64,000 nucleotides of DNA from Antedon mediterranea (Eukaryota > Animalia > Echinodermata). This document shows, piece after piece, positions 37,016 to 50,649 of the stretch; the stretch's first letter is position 1, and the number at the start of each line of letters is the position of its first letter. Position numbers and translations under genes: made by a program. The stretch is taken from contig NC_092678.1 in assembly GCF_964355755.1 (NCBI RefSeq), forward strand, positions 7,332,422 through 7,396,421, given 5' to 3'. The notes under the pieces are model-generated. The model did no database searches, was not told the origin of the DNA, and saw nothing but the letters and a program-made list of their open reading frames with translations.

Positions 37016-40000
37016 ATGGAAGTGTGTAGAACAGAAGTTCGCGGAATGGATTTGGACACTGAAAGCATTTTAGATGCTTTGAATGGTAATGTTTTATATG
37101 TTTATTTGATCATTGGTATATCTTTTAACAATTTAAGTGTGGATTTTAAATTCTGTCGTGTCGTATTTTTACAGATTTCGAACGTAAACCGACCTCAATC
37201 GTACCCCCTGTGTTGGAGAATCTCCTGTTGTGGATTGCGAAAACGGGTGACACTTTGTAAGTCTACGCCGCTCACTGTTCTGGCTCAAGAGAGAGGTGCC
37301 TTCCTGGCCTAGGCCTAGGATATAAATATGTATGCCAGATGGCAATATTATTTTGGCTTACTGGCCTGTATTTTACTATTAGTATTTTATTATTAAGCAT
37401 AATATTAATTAATAATATGTTGTTTTTTTTTCTTTTCACGAAACGGAAAACATCTTCGATCAATGACAAAAATGCTGTGCAGGGAAGCGTAACCAACAGA
37501 AATAAAATAGCGCGTCAAGCATTTGTTTTCAAAGGACAAGTTGATTGTTGTTCCTTAACGGCGGTTCTTAATGAATAAACAAAATTGTTACTGTAAAATG
37601 TTTTTAAAAGACTGTTATTGTTAACATGATTTTTACAAATTTGAAAAATTGTTCTGATTGCCTAAAATTCAACGGAAAAAAGATAATAACAGTGTAAAAG
37701 TATAGGCACCACGATAAAACGGTGGTGTCACATCTGTGCAGTGTGCCTATGCTTAAACATTGTCTTTTTGCCATTGGATTTTAGGCGAACAAACAATTTT
37801 TGTAAATTACTGTATTCAATAATGTACAGTACCATTGTTCAAAGAGTTACATTGGCTACCCATGGAGTCACGTGTTAAATTTTACAGCGCCATGAGCAAT
37901 GAATGTTGGAATGGCGCTATATAAATCGAACGATTGATTGATTGATTGAGTACAGTAGGCCAAATTTTTTATGAACAGTTTACAGTAAAAAAATTCTCTC
38001 ATACGATCCTTCGTTCAAGAGTTAGGATTTTTTTATTAAATCCCTGAAAACACTTTTATTTCTGTTATGTATGATTTTATTTTTTAGGTATCCATGGAAG
38101 AAACTAAAGCCTTTATTCATTTGTAAGTTGGAGATTGTAATCCAAGAGTATGTAAAAAATAAGAAAGAGGACGTGCCTATAGCGCCAAATGTTGAGAACG
38201 TAGACTTTGATGATATGCGTCAACGACTTGTAAAAACTATCAACACCTTTGTCTAGTAAGTGTGATAAATAGTTATATGTTTTAACGCATTGTCCCCCAA
38301 AACATTGAAAAAGATGCATCAAAATGATAAAAATCAGTCTTTGAATTATTTTTTTTATTATTATAATTATTATTAAATAGGAAAATGCTGAATTGCGTTT
38401 TAATTTTAAGTCAAAACATCAATCAAAAGGTAAAAAAAATACCAAAAAAAAACAATTATTTTACAAAAAAAACATTTAGTGCGATTCAACAAGGTTGTGT
38501 CTATGCAAAAATCTGACCAATTAGCTTCTTGATGAAAAGCTAATTCGTAAATATCGCCAAGTATTGGTTAATTATAAAAATATATATAATTTCCAAATCA
38601 TATGTTTTTTTGCAGCGCACCATTTACAATCCAGCGACTGTGCGAGTTGATAACTGACCCCAAAAGATACTACAAGCGCAGTGATAAGTTTATGAGAGGA
38701 ATTGAGAAGGTTAGTAATAAAGATAACATTCTATGTTTGCCTGTATTTTAACCAAATTAAAGAACCCTCTGATATTTAATTTTTTTCCAAATCCTGTAAA
38801 ATTAGATAAAATCGAGTATATATTCATTCAATCTTTATTTCAGAATCTCTGGTCCATAGAAAGTAAAAATTACATATAAATGAAATAAAATAAATATGAC
38901 TAATTACTACTACTCATCTCACGATGGTATTCTCTGTGTGTGTACACTATGACCTGTTTTACTGTTTGTTTTCGTACTGTATAACCATATGATTAAAGGG
39001 TTACTCCGGGTTGAAACTTAAATAAATGATTATAATAATAAAATATCTATGTAATATAACTCATTTTTTCACCTACTGTAGTAGCTGGTTGATGATTGTA
39101 AATAATTAGAAATCAATAAAATCTTTATCTTATAACTTTACAAAAAAGTCCTGTAGCATCACTTTTCACGCTGCTGCTCTGGCCCGCTACGTCAAAAGAG
39201 ATGACTCATGTATAAGCTGAAAGCAACCAGTAGTTATAGTACTAGAGGCTTTTTGCTAATTTGTAAACTCAACTATAATTTATAAATCTCGGCTGCTGGA
39301 CCCAAAAAACTATGGGAAAAGAGAGTCTATTAGGGCACGTCATGCTAAAATTAAAAATCCCAAAGCATTTCTGGTATTTATGAGTCCCATTTGACTGTCA
39401 ATCTAGACCTATATATATTATACTGTAATTCGCTGTCAGATAATCATTGAATTATTATCAAAACAGTCCATTCAAGTTTTTGTTTGTAATAGGATACTTC
39501 ACACTTGAAATATCTAGGCATGATGAAGTGACCCCCAGACTTGACCTTAGCAATAAAATAAACTAAAGTGACAGCAATCAGAGTCTGTGTTTCATATCAA
39601 AGTTATTCACTTCTGTAACAAAAAAATAATATTTATTCACATATAAAAAGAGAAAAGAAACGTTTAATTGTAACCCCAAAACCATTGTATGACAGACAAG
39701 TATTTTTGGCTGTAAATTACATTTTTTCAGGTACCATAAAGTAAGTATTATGTGACAATAAAATGACACATTCAAAAACAAATTTGAAATAAAAAATATT
39801 TTTCAGAGGGACAATATATCTGTAAAACTGTTACGTCAATAAGCGAGCAGCGTTTTTTGTAAGAAATATTTCTTGTTTAAAAGGCCTTTTTTTGAATGCT
39901 TGTTCTGCTTAACTGCCGTTACATAAAATAGGTTGGGTTATTATCAATGTTGTTTTAAACTTCAACTTTAAACCCGGAGCTACCCTTTAAGCTGTTTTTT

Positions 40001-42201
40001 TAAAATAAAATAATGAAATTTATAATTATCTCCTTATTAGAATATAATGGTTGTTAGCACGGTGACGCCCAATGGAAAACGACTATTAAAACACACAGAT
40101 TTAGAACAAGCAGAACCTGTGATGAATGGCATTGACAATGACCACAACCACCATCTTCACTCAAACAACACAGCTGCTGAACAAATAAACAACGGAGATA
40201 GCGAATCAAAAACGAATTCAAATAGTATAACTGTTTCGGAGCCTGTTGTGCAAACCGAAGAGCATAGCAACGTTGAAACTGCTGTAGATAGTACCACTAC
40301 TGAACAAAGCACGTCTATAGAAAAGCCTGAGGATACGAATAATACAAATGAACAGACTTCACAATGTGAGTATCCTATTTTCCAATTAGATGAATTTGTT
40401 TGCACAAATCAAAATCATCAGCTCATACATATTTGTATTCATGTTTCTGTCTTCCAAAACCGTCTCTACGACAAATTCTAGTTACTTAAATTTTTCTGCT
40501 ATACCAAAATTAATACAGTCGACTCCGCCTAAGTCGAATCTAATGGGACCGGTATAAAAATTTGAGTTACGCGAACTTCGACTTACAGATTTGCCAAAAA
40601 AAATGCTAGGCCTAGGTTCACTCACTAGCTGCGCTATGGATAGGCCTAGTGGACCCTGCCCTGTCGCGATCACGGCCCACGCGATGAGCCTTCTTGAATT
40701 GAGTTTGCTTAGCTAGCTAGCTAGGCCTAATAAATGCTAAGCCTCTTTATCGGCAATGATAAACTGTATTTTCTTTTATGGTTTAAGCCCGAAACAATAC
40801 AAAAACGTATAATAAATACATTTCGGTTTTTATTCGAATTCGGTATCCATTGTTTAATGCTATCTGTCTAGCACAAAATAGGTACCCACAAAACGCCGCT
40901 CAAGTTCTCAACTCTGAAACAACTCATACACTATACACTAGCGCGAGTTGTAGGACGCCGCCTATACTATACAACCTACTTGAGAGAACCGATATGGTCC
41001 CACATTATCCCCTCTGTTGTTTGTTTATCGTCGAATTACGTACGTTTCATCGGCTTTTTTAGCGCGTTGTTGCCGCGTAATTTTGACTTCGACTTATACG
41101 ATATAAATCACTAAAGAATGTGTGTATTCGGACCGCAAAAAGACTTAGAAAAATTCGACTTATAAATAAAAATTACACAGTAATGTATAGGAAAGAATTG
41201 GGACTTTCCTAAAAATTCGACTTTCGCGATTTTTCGACTTACGCGAATTCGACTTAGGCGGAGTCGACTGTAGCTCGAATCATATTCTACGTTTTGTGAA
41301 GCGAAAAATGTGCAACCAATCAGCTTAGGAAATTGGTTATGACGCGTTCATGAGCACTCAAATCGAAAAGACGTGCGATAGAAATGAAAATCTCAGTTAT
41401 TTGTTGTTGTGGAAAGGGTAGCATTTTTTTTTTTTTTTTTTTTTGGAAAACAAAACATTAAATTTGAACAAACACATTCGCCTTGTGGAAAGCAGGCTTT
41501 AAACTTGATTCTCACTTTGACACAACTAGGTTACCTTTCTTAAAAGTTTTGCAGTGTGAAAAGGGTGTTAGGTGTATCTTTGCCTTGGTTGAGTTTGCAG
41601 ATCCTTCCTCACGATTGGTGGTTACATTGAAAGAGAGATTTGTTTGAAATACATGTCTGGTGACTCGCCAAAAACCAACCTGTTGTGTGTGTCATCTGTA
41701 AACTGTTCCACTCAAAGTGCCGTTTTATTGAAAAAAAATTTACTTTAGACAGTAGGTGTTTTGTATTCATTGAATGGAGAGAATATTTTTATGCGATAAA
41801 GCCTGACCTCTGAGCTGTCTTTTAACTGATGAAAATATTCTCTCCATTCAACCCATTACATTCTTTGCCTAATCTTAACATTAAAAACATTTATTTTTTC
41901 AGCTCAAGAAAAACTAACTACTGATGCTGAAAATGAAAAAGTTGAAACTAGTGAGGAATCGACAATAACATGTGAACCGAAAATATGTGGATCAAAGCCG
42001 TCTTTAGACCCTACTGATACGCGTTCTGACAATGATTCTAACGCTACAAGTCAATCTGAGCAATCCAGCCAATCAGAAGCCCCAATACAATCAGAAGAAT
42101 CTAACCAAACAGTAGAGTCCAACCAACCAGAAACCTCATTAGAAACAACTACGTCTGAATTGACCAAAGACATATTAGGCAATGAAATGGACCAGAGCTG
42201 A
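37016..42201 (+). CDS. PPP4R2: Serine/threonine-protein phosphatase 4 regulatory subunit 2
   Basis: Exons 37016 (or ATG 37046)-37085, 37175-37256, 38088-38255, 38616-38709, 40041-40365, 41903-42201. Motifs [30 protein letters not shown]...[14 protein letters not shown]; acidic low-complexity tail ending EMDQS*. Confidence 0.95.
38997..39986. mobile_element. TTAA-flanked non-autonomous DNA transposon (Kolobok-like)
   Basis: TTAA-AGGGTTACTCCGGGTTGAAA ... TTTAAACCCGGAGCTACCCT-TTAA in PPP4R2 intron 4. Confidence 0.75.
40516..41270. mobile_element. Tc1/mariner-pogo-type MITE, TA TSD
   Basis: Perfect 24-bp TIR CAGTCGACTCCGCCTAAGTCGAAT flanked by TA on both sides; subterminal TTCGACTTA repeats. 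Confidence 0.92.
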
Positions 42202-43760
42202 GACTAGGCTTTGAAATGTTGGCGAGGAGGCCTTCACGTAAAAATGAGTTTTTTGAAGACCTGTTAAGCAGATAAAAACAATTCAGGGATTTAAAATTGC
42301 AGAATCTTGAAAAAACGAAAATATATGAAGATTAAATTTCTTTGTGAAATATTTTTGTAGCCTAAAAGTGCTCAACTCCACAAAGATGATGTGGTTTATC
42401 TGATAGTATTTAATACGTGTAATTTAATTGCATATTATTGTATTAATAGTGTATTCAAATTGAATTCACTATTTAAATAACGAAACTAGTGATTTTCAAG
42501 GTCACTATTTTTCTAATAAATTGTGTATGTTTGTTCAGTTTGTTTCCTCTACATTCTAAGTGAATTAAATTATAAATGTACTTTTAAAACAATTGTATAA
42601 GGCAGAGAACAGTTTGTGTTGGTTCATTGCAAAATGTATGATCTATGTACTGTATTGCAAAGTGACCCCTAGTCATTTGACCTATGACCCTTAAATAAAG
42701 GTCAAAGTGAGTCTTAATAAAACTGCAATATTTAAAAACAACAGAATCTATTTATGTCAATAACACCATCCATTTTATCAAATATGGTTTTATATGTAAC
42801 CGTCGAGAAATAGCTTTCGCCAATAATTTCCAGTCGTGTAAATTTAATTTCTACACTGTCCTAGCATTTTGTTTATATAATTGTTTGTGAATAAATAAAT
42901 TGCTTGTTTGTCATACTAAGACAGATTTCAATTTGACTAGTCCCTCTATGAGCAGCTCTGTACCTTTTGCGTGGTTTTACTTGCACTGCTCAAATAAAAA
43001 TTTGACGTTTTCCTCAATACAGTACTGTGAATGAAGATGCTGAAATCTCACAACTTAAAACAAAACAGTACAAGGGACATTTTGGGACTGAAGAAATTAT
43101 CCACTTAAATTGGGGGAATCCCCTGTATATGAGAGGGATTTTTTACTGTATACATTTTCTGTGTTATTAATATCAATACTCAACATTTATGACTTTAATA
43201 TTCTTTAAAAGGATGGTAAATTTTCATTTATTTAATATTTTTTTTACACATCGCAGTTATTTACAAAGAAAGTGCCAGTATTTTCAAATGTAAAATTATT
43301 AATAAGCTTATCATGGAAAATTTGTAATATATATTTGTAAGAAGCAACATTTTGTTTTTTATTCATTTTTCCGACTATTTGAAGAATATCTACTTTTATT
43401 TTAACTTAAATTCTACAAACAACTGCTATTAAATAATACTATATTGTCCTTTGTTATGTTAATGTATTAAATTGCTTCTCAACTTCGCAAGTGACATTTG
43501 TATTCTGCGTTTGTGTGTAGTTTATGTAAATATGATAAGGCATTTTAAAAACCACAATGTGAATGTAAAATGAGGAAGTTAGTCGATGAAATAAATAAAA
43601 AATCCTCCTGGTCTAAAAATTGAAAATGTAGCATTTTTTTTTAAAGAGTAATATTTACTAGATTCTAATGAAATATGATTTATTTCAAAAAGTTTATTAT
43701 AAATTACTAAAAACAATTTTGTGATAGAAATCTATTTTTCAATGCAGCATTTCACATTAA

Positions 43761-44386
43761 AGCCCCATTCCCTACGTTTTTTAGATCTAATTTAAGATCA
43801 CAGACTATATTTAATGTAAAAATAATACTATATGGTCCTATTGCGATAACTTTTTTCGTCTTTAAACGGTTAAAAATGTGAAAAATAAGTCGATTCTAAT
43901 AATTATAGCGGCCCGCTATAAATCCCAAAATGCATTGCGCGCGGATGGATATTTTTGTTTTTCACCTGTAATTCGCCCACTTTTCGATCGATCGTGAGGC
44001 CAAAACAAATGGAAGACTCCTAACTTTTCAGCGAAAATACCGGGTTTTCCCCAATTTGTATCAACGGAGTATGGCAAAAATAGAAAGACAATTAATGCAG
44101 CAACTATACAACGTCATGCTAGGTATATAGGTAGCGTACGATGTTCGTACGTTACCGATGTTTACCAGCTAGGCCTACAAAACTAAGCCTAGCTAGGCTA
44201 GGCCTAAGACCGTCCACGAGAGGTCGATCGCCGCGAGCTACTTAGGTAGTGCATTGTTTCTCACTTTTTATCATAATTTACCATAAAACGTACATTTAAG
44301 ACAAGGAATGACATGGTTTAATGTTTTTAAAGTGATATATATGTATTATTTTCCAAAAAACGTCCAAAATTGCAGGGAAGGGGTCT
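43761..44386. mobile_element. TTAA-flanked non-autonomous DNA transposon (Kolobok-like) upstream of SEC13
   Basis: TTAA-AGCCCCATTCCCTAC ... GCAGGGAAGGGGTCT-TTAA; right end also at ~31895-32035, inverted left fragment near 45975-46012. Confidence 0.8.
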
Positions 44387-44537
44387 TTAAGCCTAAAAAT
44401 TTTTCATTAAGAAATTATGAAAAATAGAGGGCGACAGACAAATTGAACCAGAGACTGACACGAGTACGCTACGTACGTGTATGTTTTGGGAAGCCGATCG
44501 GCGTTAAATTGCGTAAAAATTCAATTAATTAACAATC

Positions 44538-47500
44538 ATGGTAAGTATTATTTACTTTAAAATGTGGTTGTACTTTATTTAGAGTTTTGTAATCTTAAAA
44601 GTTTGTTGTGAAATGTTATTTTAATTTAAATAAAACCTAATTACCGCCAGGCCTCCTACAGACATCTATTCTTACCACCACCACCTGATTACCGTGGTAG
44701 AAAGCCTAGATAGGCCTAGGCCTAGTAAAGTTGTAGGCCGGCCGGCCCAGGTAGGCCTAGGCCTAATTCTTCATCCGGTCCAGTCTTCTCTGTCTTGAGA
44801 AGTACAGTGGCATGGGTTTCCCGGTAGGCCGTAACCTAGAAAGAATACAGTCCGAACTAATAAAACATCATTTATAACTTTGGCTTTGTGTGACTGCTGT
44901 TATTTATATTATTAATAATAATAATTCTTGTTGTAAAGCGTTTTAATAATAAATAGGCCTTTTCCACGAAACGGTAGAAGACATATTCGATCGATGACAA
45001 AGTACTAATGCACTTGTCAATTGTATGACCCACTATACGACCCCCGGGAGGGGTGCGTCATTTACAAATAATTAACGACACAGGAGTGCGTCCAAAAACC
45101 TAGAGGGTACGTCACATCAATGAACAAGGTTTGTCAATGACATGTCCGTCACTTTACCACCCACCATATCATAAACAACATGGTCACAGTGCGTCAAAAT
45201 GGGTGCGTCATGGTCACCTAAAGGTAAGTCACCTTTTTGACGCACGGGTGCGTCATGGTATTCAAAAGTACGACGCACATCGGACAAATGATGCACCTCT
45301 CCCGGGGGTCGTATATTGGGTCATACAATTGACAAGTGCATAAAATATTAATTCATAATTCGTTAACGAACACACTTACTGTATGGACAACATTTACTGT
45401 ATGGACAACATTTTTGTGAAATGTTCCTAAATGAAAAAGATTAGCCTAAATGTACATCACTGTATGATTTTTAGACACTAGAAAAATTATTTTGATCGCT
45501 TAAAATCCAACTAAAAAAAAGATAAGTAAAACACAGTGTATAAGCATAGGCACCGCGATAAAACAGTGTGGACAGTTTGCCACTCTTTATTTCCATTGGA
45601 TTTTAGGTAATCAACAAAATGTTTCTAATTTTTTTTAATCGTTTTAGAATATTTTGTACATTAAACCAGGTGATTTCTTGTCTTTAATGTGCATTCTAAG
45701 GTTGCTTATTAATTATCTAAGTAGCTTTCGTCGAATATTCTCTAGTAGACCTTTCTAGTTACTCTTACGAGAACTTAAGAACTTGTTTTTGTAGGCTTAA
45801 CTGGTGAATAGCGGTAATGTACGGACATCGTATGCTAGCTATAGGCTGTCTTTCCTTTACATACAAATTGGGAAAGACCTAATATTTTTGCTGAAAAGTT
45901 ACAGTTCTTTTATTTGGTTGTGCCCGTTCACGCAAACGATCAAATTGGGTGCATCACATCACAATATGAAATGCATAACTTATTAGAATCGACTTATTTT
46001 TCGCACTTTTAAAAAAAACTTAGGTCTAGTGTCTTTAAAGTATATCTTTTTTATTGTAATAATTGTTATTGTTCCTATTTTAATCATCTTTTCAGGTTTC
46101 TGTAATTAGCACTGTGGATACTGCACATGAAGATATGATTGTAAGTAGGCCTAATCTCGTTCCTAAATTATTTTGAAATTGGTAAATAATAAATTAGTAA
46201 ATAATAAGGCGTAATCTATGCTATACGTTTACTTTGAATTGTTTGAAAAGTATTCATTTTGGAAAATGGTTTCCAGTGAACAATGTAAGTAACATTGAAA
46301 CTAAAGTATCAACAACCCAAACGCAGAGTTGAAAGATATAGAAAAAGTGCAGTCATATACCTTATCTCGCTTCTAAATGAATAATATTAATGATAATATT
46401 TAGAATATGTAAATATCTTTGTAATTCAGCTTTGGCTGCGATGAAAATATTTAAAATAAATGAAATGAAAAAAACAATAATAAATCATTCAGTCTATATT
46501 TAAAATAAAACAAACACATCTTTTAAATATATCAATTGATTTTATTTATCGACAATTTTGACAACTCACAATAATACTAACTACTGGAAGCATTTTAAAT
46601 TTGTTGTCCTTTTCAATGTCTTTTCTTGAAAATTAATTATTGATGTTTACTTATTTTTAGTTGTCTTAAGTTTGTTTTATTGTCCTGAAATATTAAATAA
46701 AAATCATCTTTTGTTAGCATGATGCACAGATGGATTATTATGGTGTTCGTCTCGCTACCTGCTCCTCCGACAGATCGGTCAAGATATTCGATGTTATCAA
46801 CGGTCAACAAACACTAGTTGCAGATCTAAGAGGGTAAAGCATTTTGTTGTTTAATTCATTCAAATTTGGCAATTTCCTACCACCAGTACAGTACATGGAT
46901 TTAAGCTACAGGCCTTGTCTTTTGAAAATGATAGGTGTTACAAATTGCACTCCTCAATACATTCAGGGCTGCTGTATGTGTTCTGTTTGTATGTTGGTGT
47001 GTAGAAGTTTACCAAATTTAAGTGTGTTGTAAATCGCATTTTTCAAGGGCAGTTTAGGAGTGTGTTAGACAAGTGATTGCATTCCCCAAATTCCTCAAAT
47101 GACCAGGCCTGAAGCTAGGGAACTCTATAGTGTCAAAATCTAGGCTGGGTGGGGGGAAAAAAGCATACATGATCCGTAAATAAATAAAATTTATGCTTAC
47201 AATATACACATCATGTATATTTAAAAAACATTTTTACATTTGTGAAAGTCCATTATCTTTTCTTTTATTTAATATAAAACAAGGTACAAAATGTATAACA
47301 ATATCCAATCTGCAGACAGTACTGTTTCGATCTCATTAGTGCAGCTCAGGTTTTGAAACAAATATGAAGCACTGGTGCAACAGTCTGAGCCAGTTATGTT
47401 GGCAATGGTACACTGATGATTATAAACACATAAATAGATATAGCAATGAATATTAAATATCCGACCAGCTGACATACAATTTTGATAACCCTTTGATATT

Positions 47501-50500
47501 CCCATTGACAGGCACGAGGGACCTGTGTGGCAAGTTGCATGGGCTCATCCAATGTATGGTAACATCCTGGCTTCTTGTTCCTACGATAAAAAAGTGATTG
47601 TCTGGAGGGAGGCTAGTGGCTCATGGGAGAAGATCTACGAGCATGGTGATCATGACTCATCAGGTAAATTGATTTGAACTTTGACACCTGAATAAATTAT
47701 GTCTTGCCCATAAAGATTAGTGAAGAGAGTAGCACTAGTAGGTAGGGATTTATATTTACAAAGCAATATACTACAAGATGAGGGCGTATCAATTTGATCG
47801 ATGTTGCATGTGTGTACACTGGCTTATCTGATTGGCCGATTCATGCCATTACTCCTAATTATTAATAATATCTTGAAATATTTATACAATATTGGTAATA
47901 ATACATATTTATTATATTTGATATATTTTATGTATTCAATGCAAAATTCATATTATAGAAACATTTTTTATTACAGTGAACTCCGTTCAGTGGGCGCCCA
48001 AGGAGTTTGGTCTCGTTCTTGCTTGCGGTTCATCCGATGGGTCAGTTTCTATTTTAACGTACAATGAGAACCAATGGTCATCGACCAAAATTAAGGAAGC
48101 TCATTCGGTAAGGAAAATCAAAGTCATTGGCCAATACTACTGGTCATTTCTGACCTTTATTGTGACCATTCTTTTACATTGAAGTCAAAATTTGGACATA
48201 ATTTTGTGAAATTTGTACACAGTACTACCCTGGTCATTCTTGGATCAAACACATACTCCCATAATGCAGCTAGTAATCAGTGCAAATTCATGTATCTTGC
48301 CGCCTAAGGATAGAAACAATGTAAAGAACCTACAATCTGTAGTCCATCGTCCAACTCACTGCACCACTAATTTGAAATAAAAGAAGAAATAAATCTTTAA
48401 GCAATTATCTTGATTAATTGTCCAGTAATGATAATTGATAATGCTTATTTTCTTCAGATTGGTTGTAATGCTGTTAGTTGGGCACCAGCAGTCGTACCAG
48501 GTTCATTGATTGAACCACCATCAACACAAAGACCAAACATTGCTAAACGATTGGTTACCGGTGGCTGTGATAACTTAGTAAAGATTTGGAAGTAAATATA
48601 ATGTTCTCTCTACACTATCAAACTAGTTTGCCCAAACTAGTGATATGCCCATTACCACTAAAAACCATGCCACCAACCATTAAAAATTGGACAGAGGGTC
48701 CTACTAAATGTTCTGTTATTATCTAATGTCCAGTTTGTATTAAAATAAAAGATAATGTCCAGTTGGTAGTTCACCAGGTGCTACTTTCTCAGCTGTTGAA
48801 TTTCCCTGGAGTGGGACAGAGGGTCCAATAATAGTTTTATTGAATTGAATTGAACCAGCTGGAAGGACAGTGTCTGAGGGTAGCTTCTGTCCACTTGCTG
48901 CACCTGTGTCCATACCCTGCACAATGTATCTGCAAGAACTGATGTCCATAGTAAGAGAGAGGTACACCAGGCTTACATGCACAACCCTGATTGCTCCTTA
49001 TTGTGAATCGAAAGAGAAGCAAAAACTTGAATCATGTAATGATTATTTACACAATACAGCTTGGTGCCCTAGAAACCATATCACCAACTATTAAAATTTG
49101 ATAGAGTGTGCTCTTTAATCATGTCAACTTTTCTTACAGAGAAGATAATGGTGAATGGACCGAAGAGCATAAACTAGAAGCACATAGTGATTGGGTACGC
49201 GACACAGCGTGGTGTCCGTCCATTGGCCTCCCGCAGAGCACTATAGCTAGTTGTTCACAAGATGGCCGTGTTATTATTTGGACCTGTGACAGTAGCACAG
49301 GCAACACATGGAACCCAAAGGTAATGCTACAAATTGCAGTTCCCCAGGTGGTAGTTTCTCAGGTGGTAGTTCACTAGGTGCTACTTCCCCATGTGCTTGT
49401 TCCCCTGGTGCTAGTTTCCCAGGTGCTATTTTCTCAGTGCAAGTTCCCAGGTGGTACTTCCCTGGGTGCTAATTCACCAGGTGCTAGTTCTCCCTGGTGC
49501 TGGTTTCCCAGGTGCTATTTCCCCAGGTGCTATTTCCCCAGGTGCTATTTCCCCAGGTGCTATTTCCCCAGGTGCTAGTTTCCCAGGTGCTAGTTCCCCA
49601 GGTTGTATTTCCCCAGGTTGTATTTCCCCGGGTTGTATTTCCCCAGGCACTAGTTCCCCAGGTGCTAGTTCCCCAGGCACTAGTTCCCCAGGTTGTATTT
49701 CCCCAGGTTGTATTTCCCCCGGGTTGTATTTCCCCAGGCACTAGTTCCCCAGGTGCTAGTTCCCCAGGTTGTTTTTTCCCAGGCACTAGTTCCCCATGTC
49801 CTAATCTCTCAGTTGTAGTTTGTGTCTGGTAAAACAATAGAAAAACGGGTATCGTATTATCGATGATTTTTTTGTGTATCGAATAACTTGGAAATAATGC
49901 ATAAAATTGCAAAATAATTTAATAAAATATCAATATAAATAAACAAACAATACACAAACAATATGGCCTTATTGAAAATAAATTAAGGGTTGATATTGGT
50001 AATATGTCTAGTATATGTCCATGAGGTGTGTCTGCCTCAAAATTTAATAGTACAAAGATTTGCAATCGAAAATATTTTTTTTTTAATTCTTGTAGATTTT
50101 AAGCAAATTTAATGACGTTGTTTGGCATGTTAGCTGGTCCGTCACTGGAAACATATTAGCAGTGTCTGGTGGTGATAACAAGGTAAGATTACAATACAGT
50201 GGAACAAAGTGTCCACTAAATAGAGGTTTTCCTGAACAGAAAATTCCTCTCGTTTTGCAGAAATGTGTCCCCTAAATGAGGGATTTAGAGAATGCTTTGG
50301 TTGTTTTCTATACATATTCTTGGTGAACACACAATTTATGTAGTATATAATGTAATATTGCTTGCCTTCCTACTGGGATATGACATGTCCATCAAAATTT
50401 TAAACTCTGTCTACACTATCAAACTTTATGTAACAAAACAATGTGTGAATGGTCTGAATTTGCTTATTTGTTGAAGCAAAACAATTGGATCTTAAATTTT

Positions 50501-50649
50501 TTTTTTTTTAAGAATGGATTCAATTAAAAAGATTTTAATTAATTACAATTTAGGTTAGTTTGTGGAAGGAATCGTTAGAAGGACAATGGGAATGCGTAAG
50601 TGATGTAAGTAAAGGAGAGGGTGTTATTGAAGGCCAGCAGCAAACATAA
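44538..50649 (+). CDS. SEC13: Protein SEC13 homolog (WD40; COPII, nuclear pore, GATOR2)
   Basis: Exons 44538-44540 (ATG only), 46096-46140, 46718-46833, 47512-47663, 47977-48107, 48458-48591, 49140-49320, 50096-50182, 50554-50649. [40 protein letters not shown]...[26 protein letters not shown]...[12 protein letters not shown]...[25 protein letters not shown]. Confidence 0.98.
45008..45341. mobile_element. MITE with ~55-bp TIRs (copy 2, SEC13 intron 1)
   Basis: Same TIRs and body as 25361-25677. Confidence 0.88.
49338..49797 (+). repeat. 15-bp minisatellite (CCCCAGGTGCTATTT / CCCCAGGTTGTATTT) in SEC13 intron 7
   Basis: About 30 units starting just after the exon 7 donor; explains the PGAIS/PGEIA ORFs. 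Confidence 0.95.

Noticed and set aside
48740-49094. Overlapping short ORFs or a snoRNA in SEC13 intron 6
   Set aside because: No recognisable protein motif and no properly placed C/D or H/ACA boxes.
49378-49912. PGAIS/PGEIA elastin-like ORFs
   Set aside because: Translations of a 15-bp minisatellite inside SEC13 intron 7.
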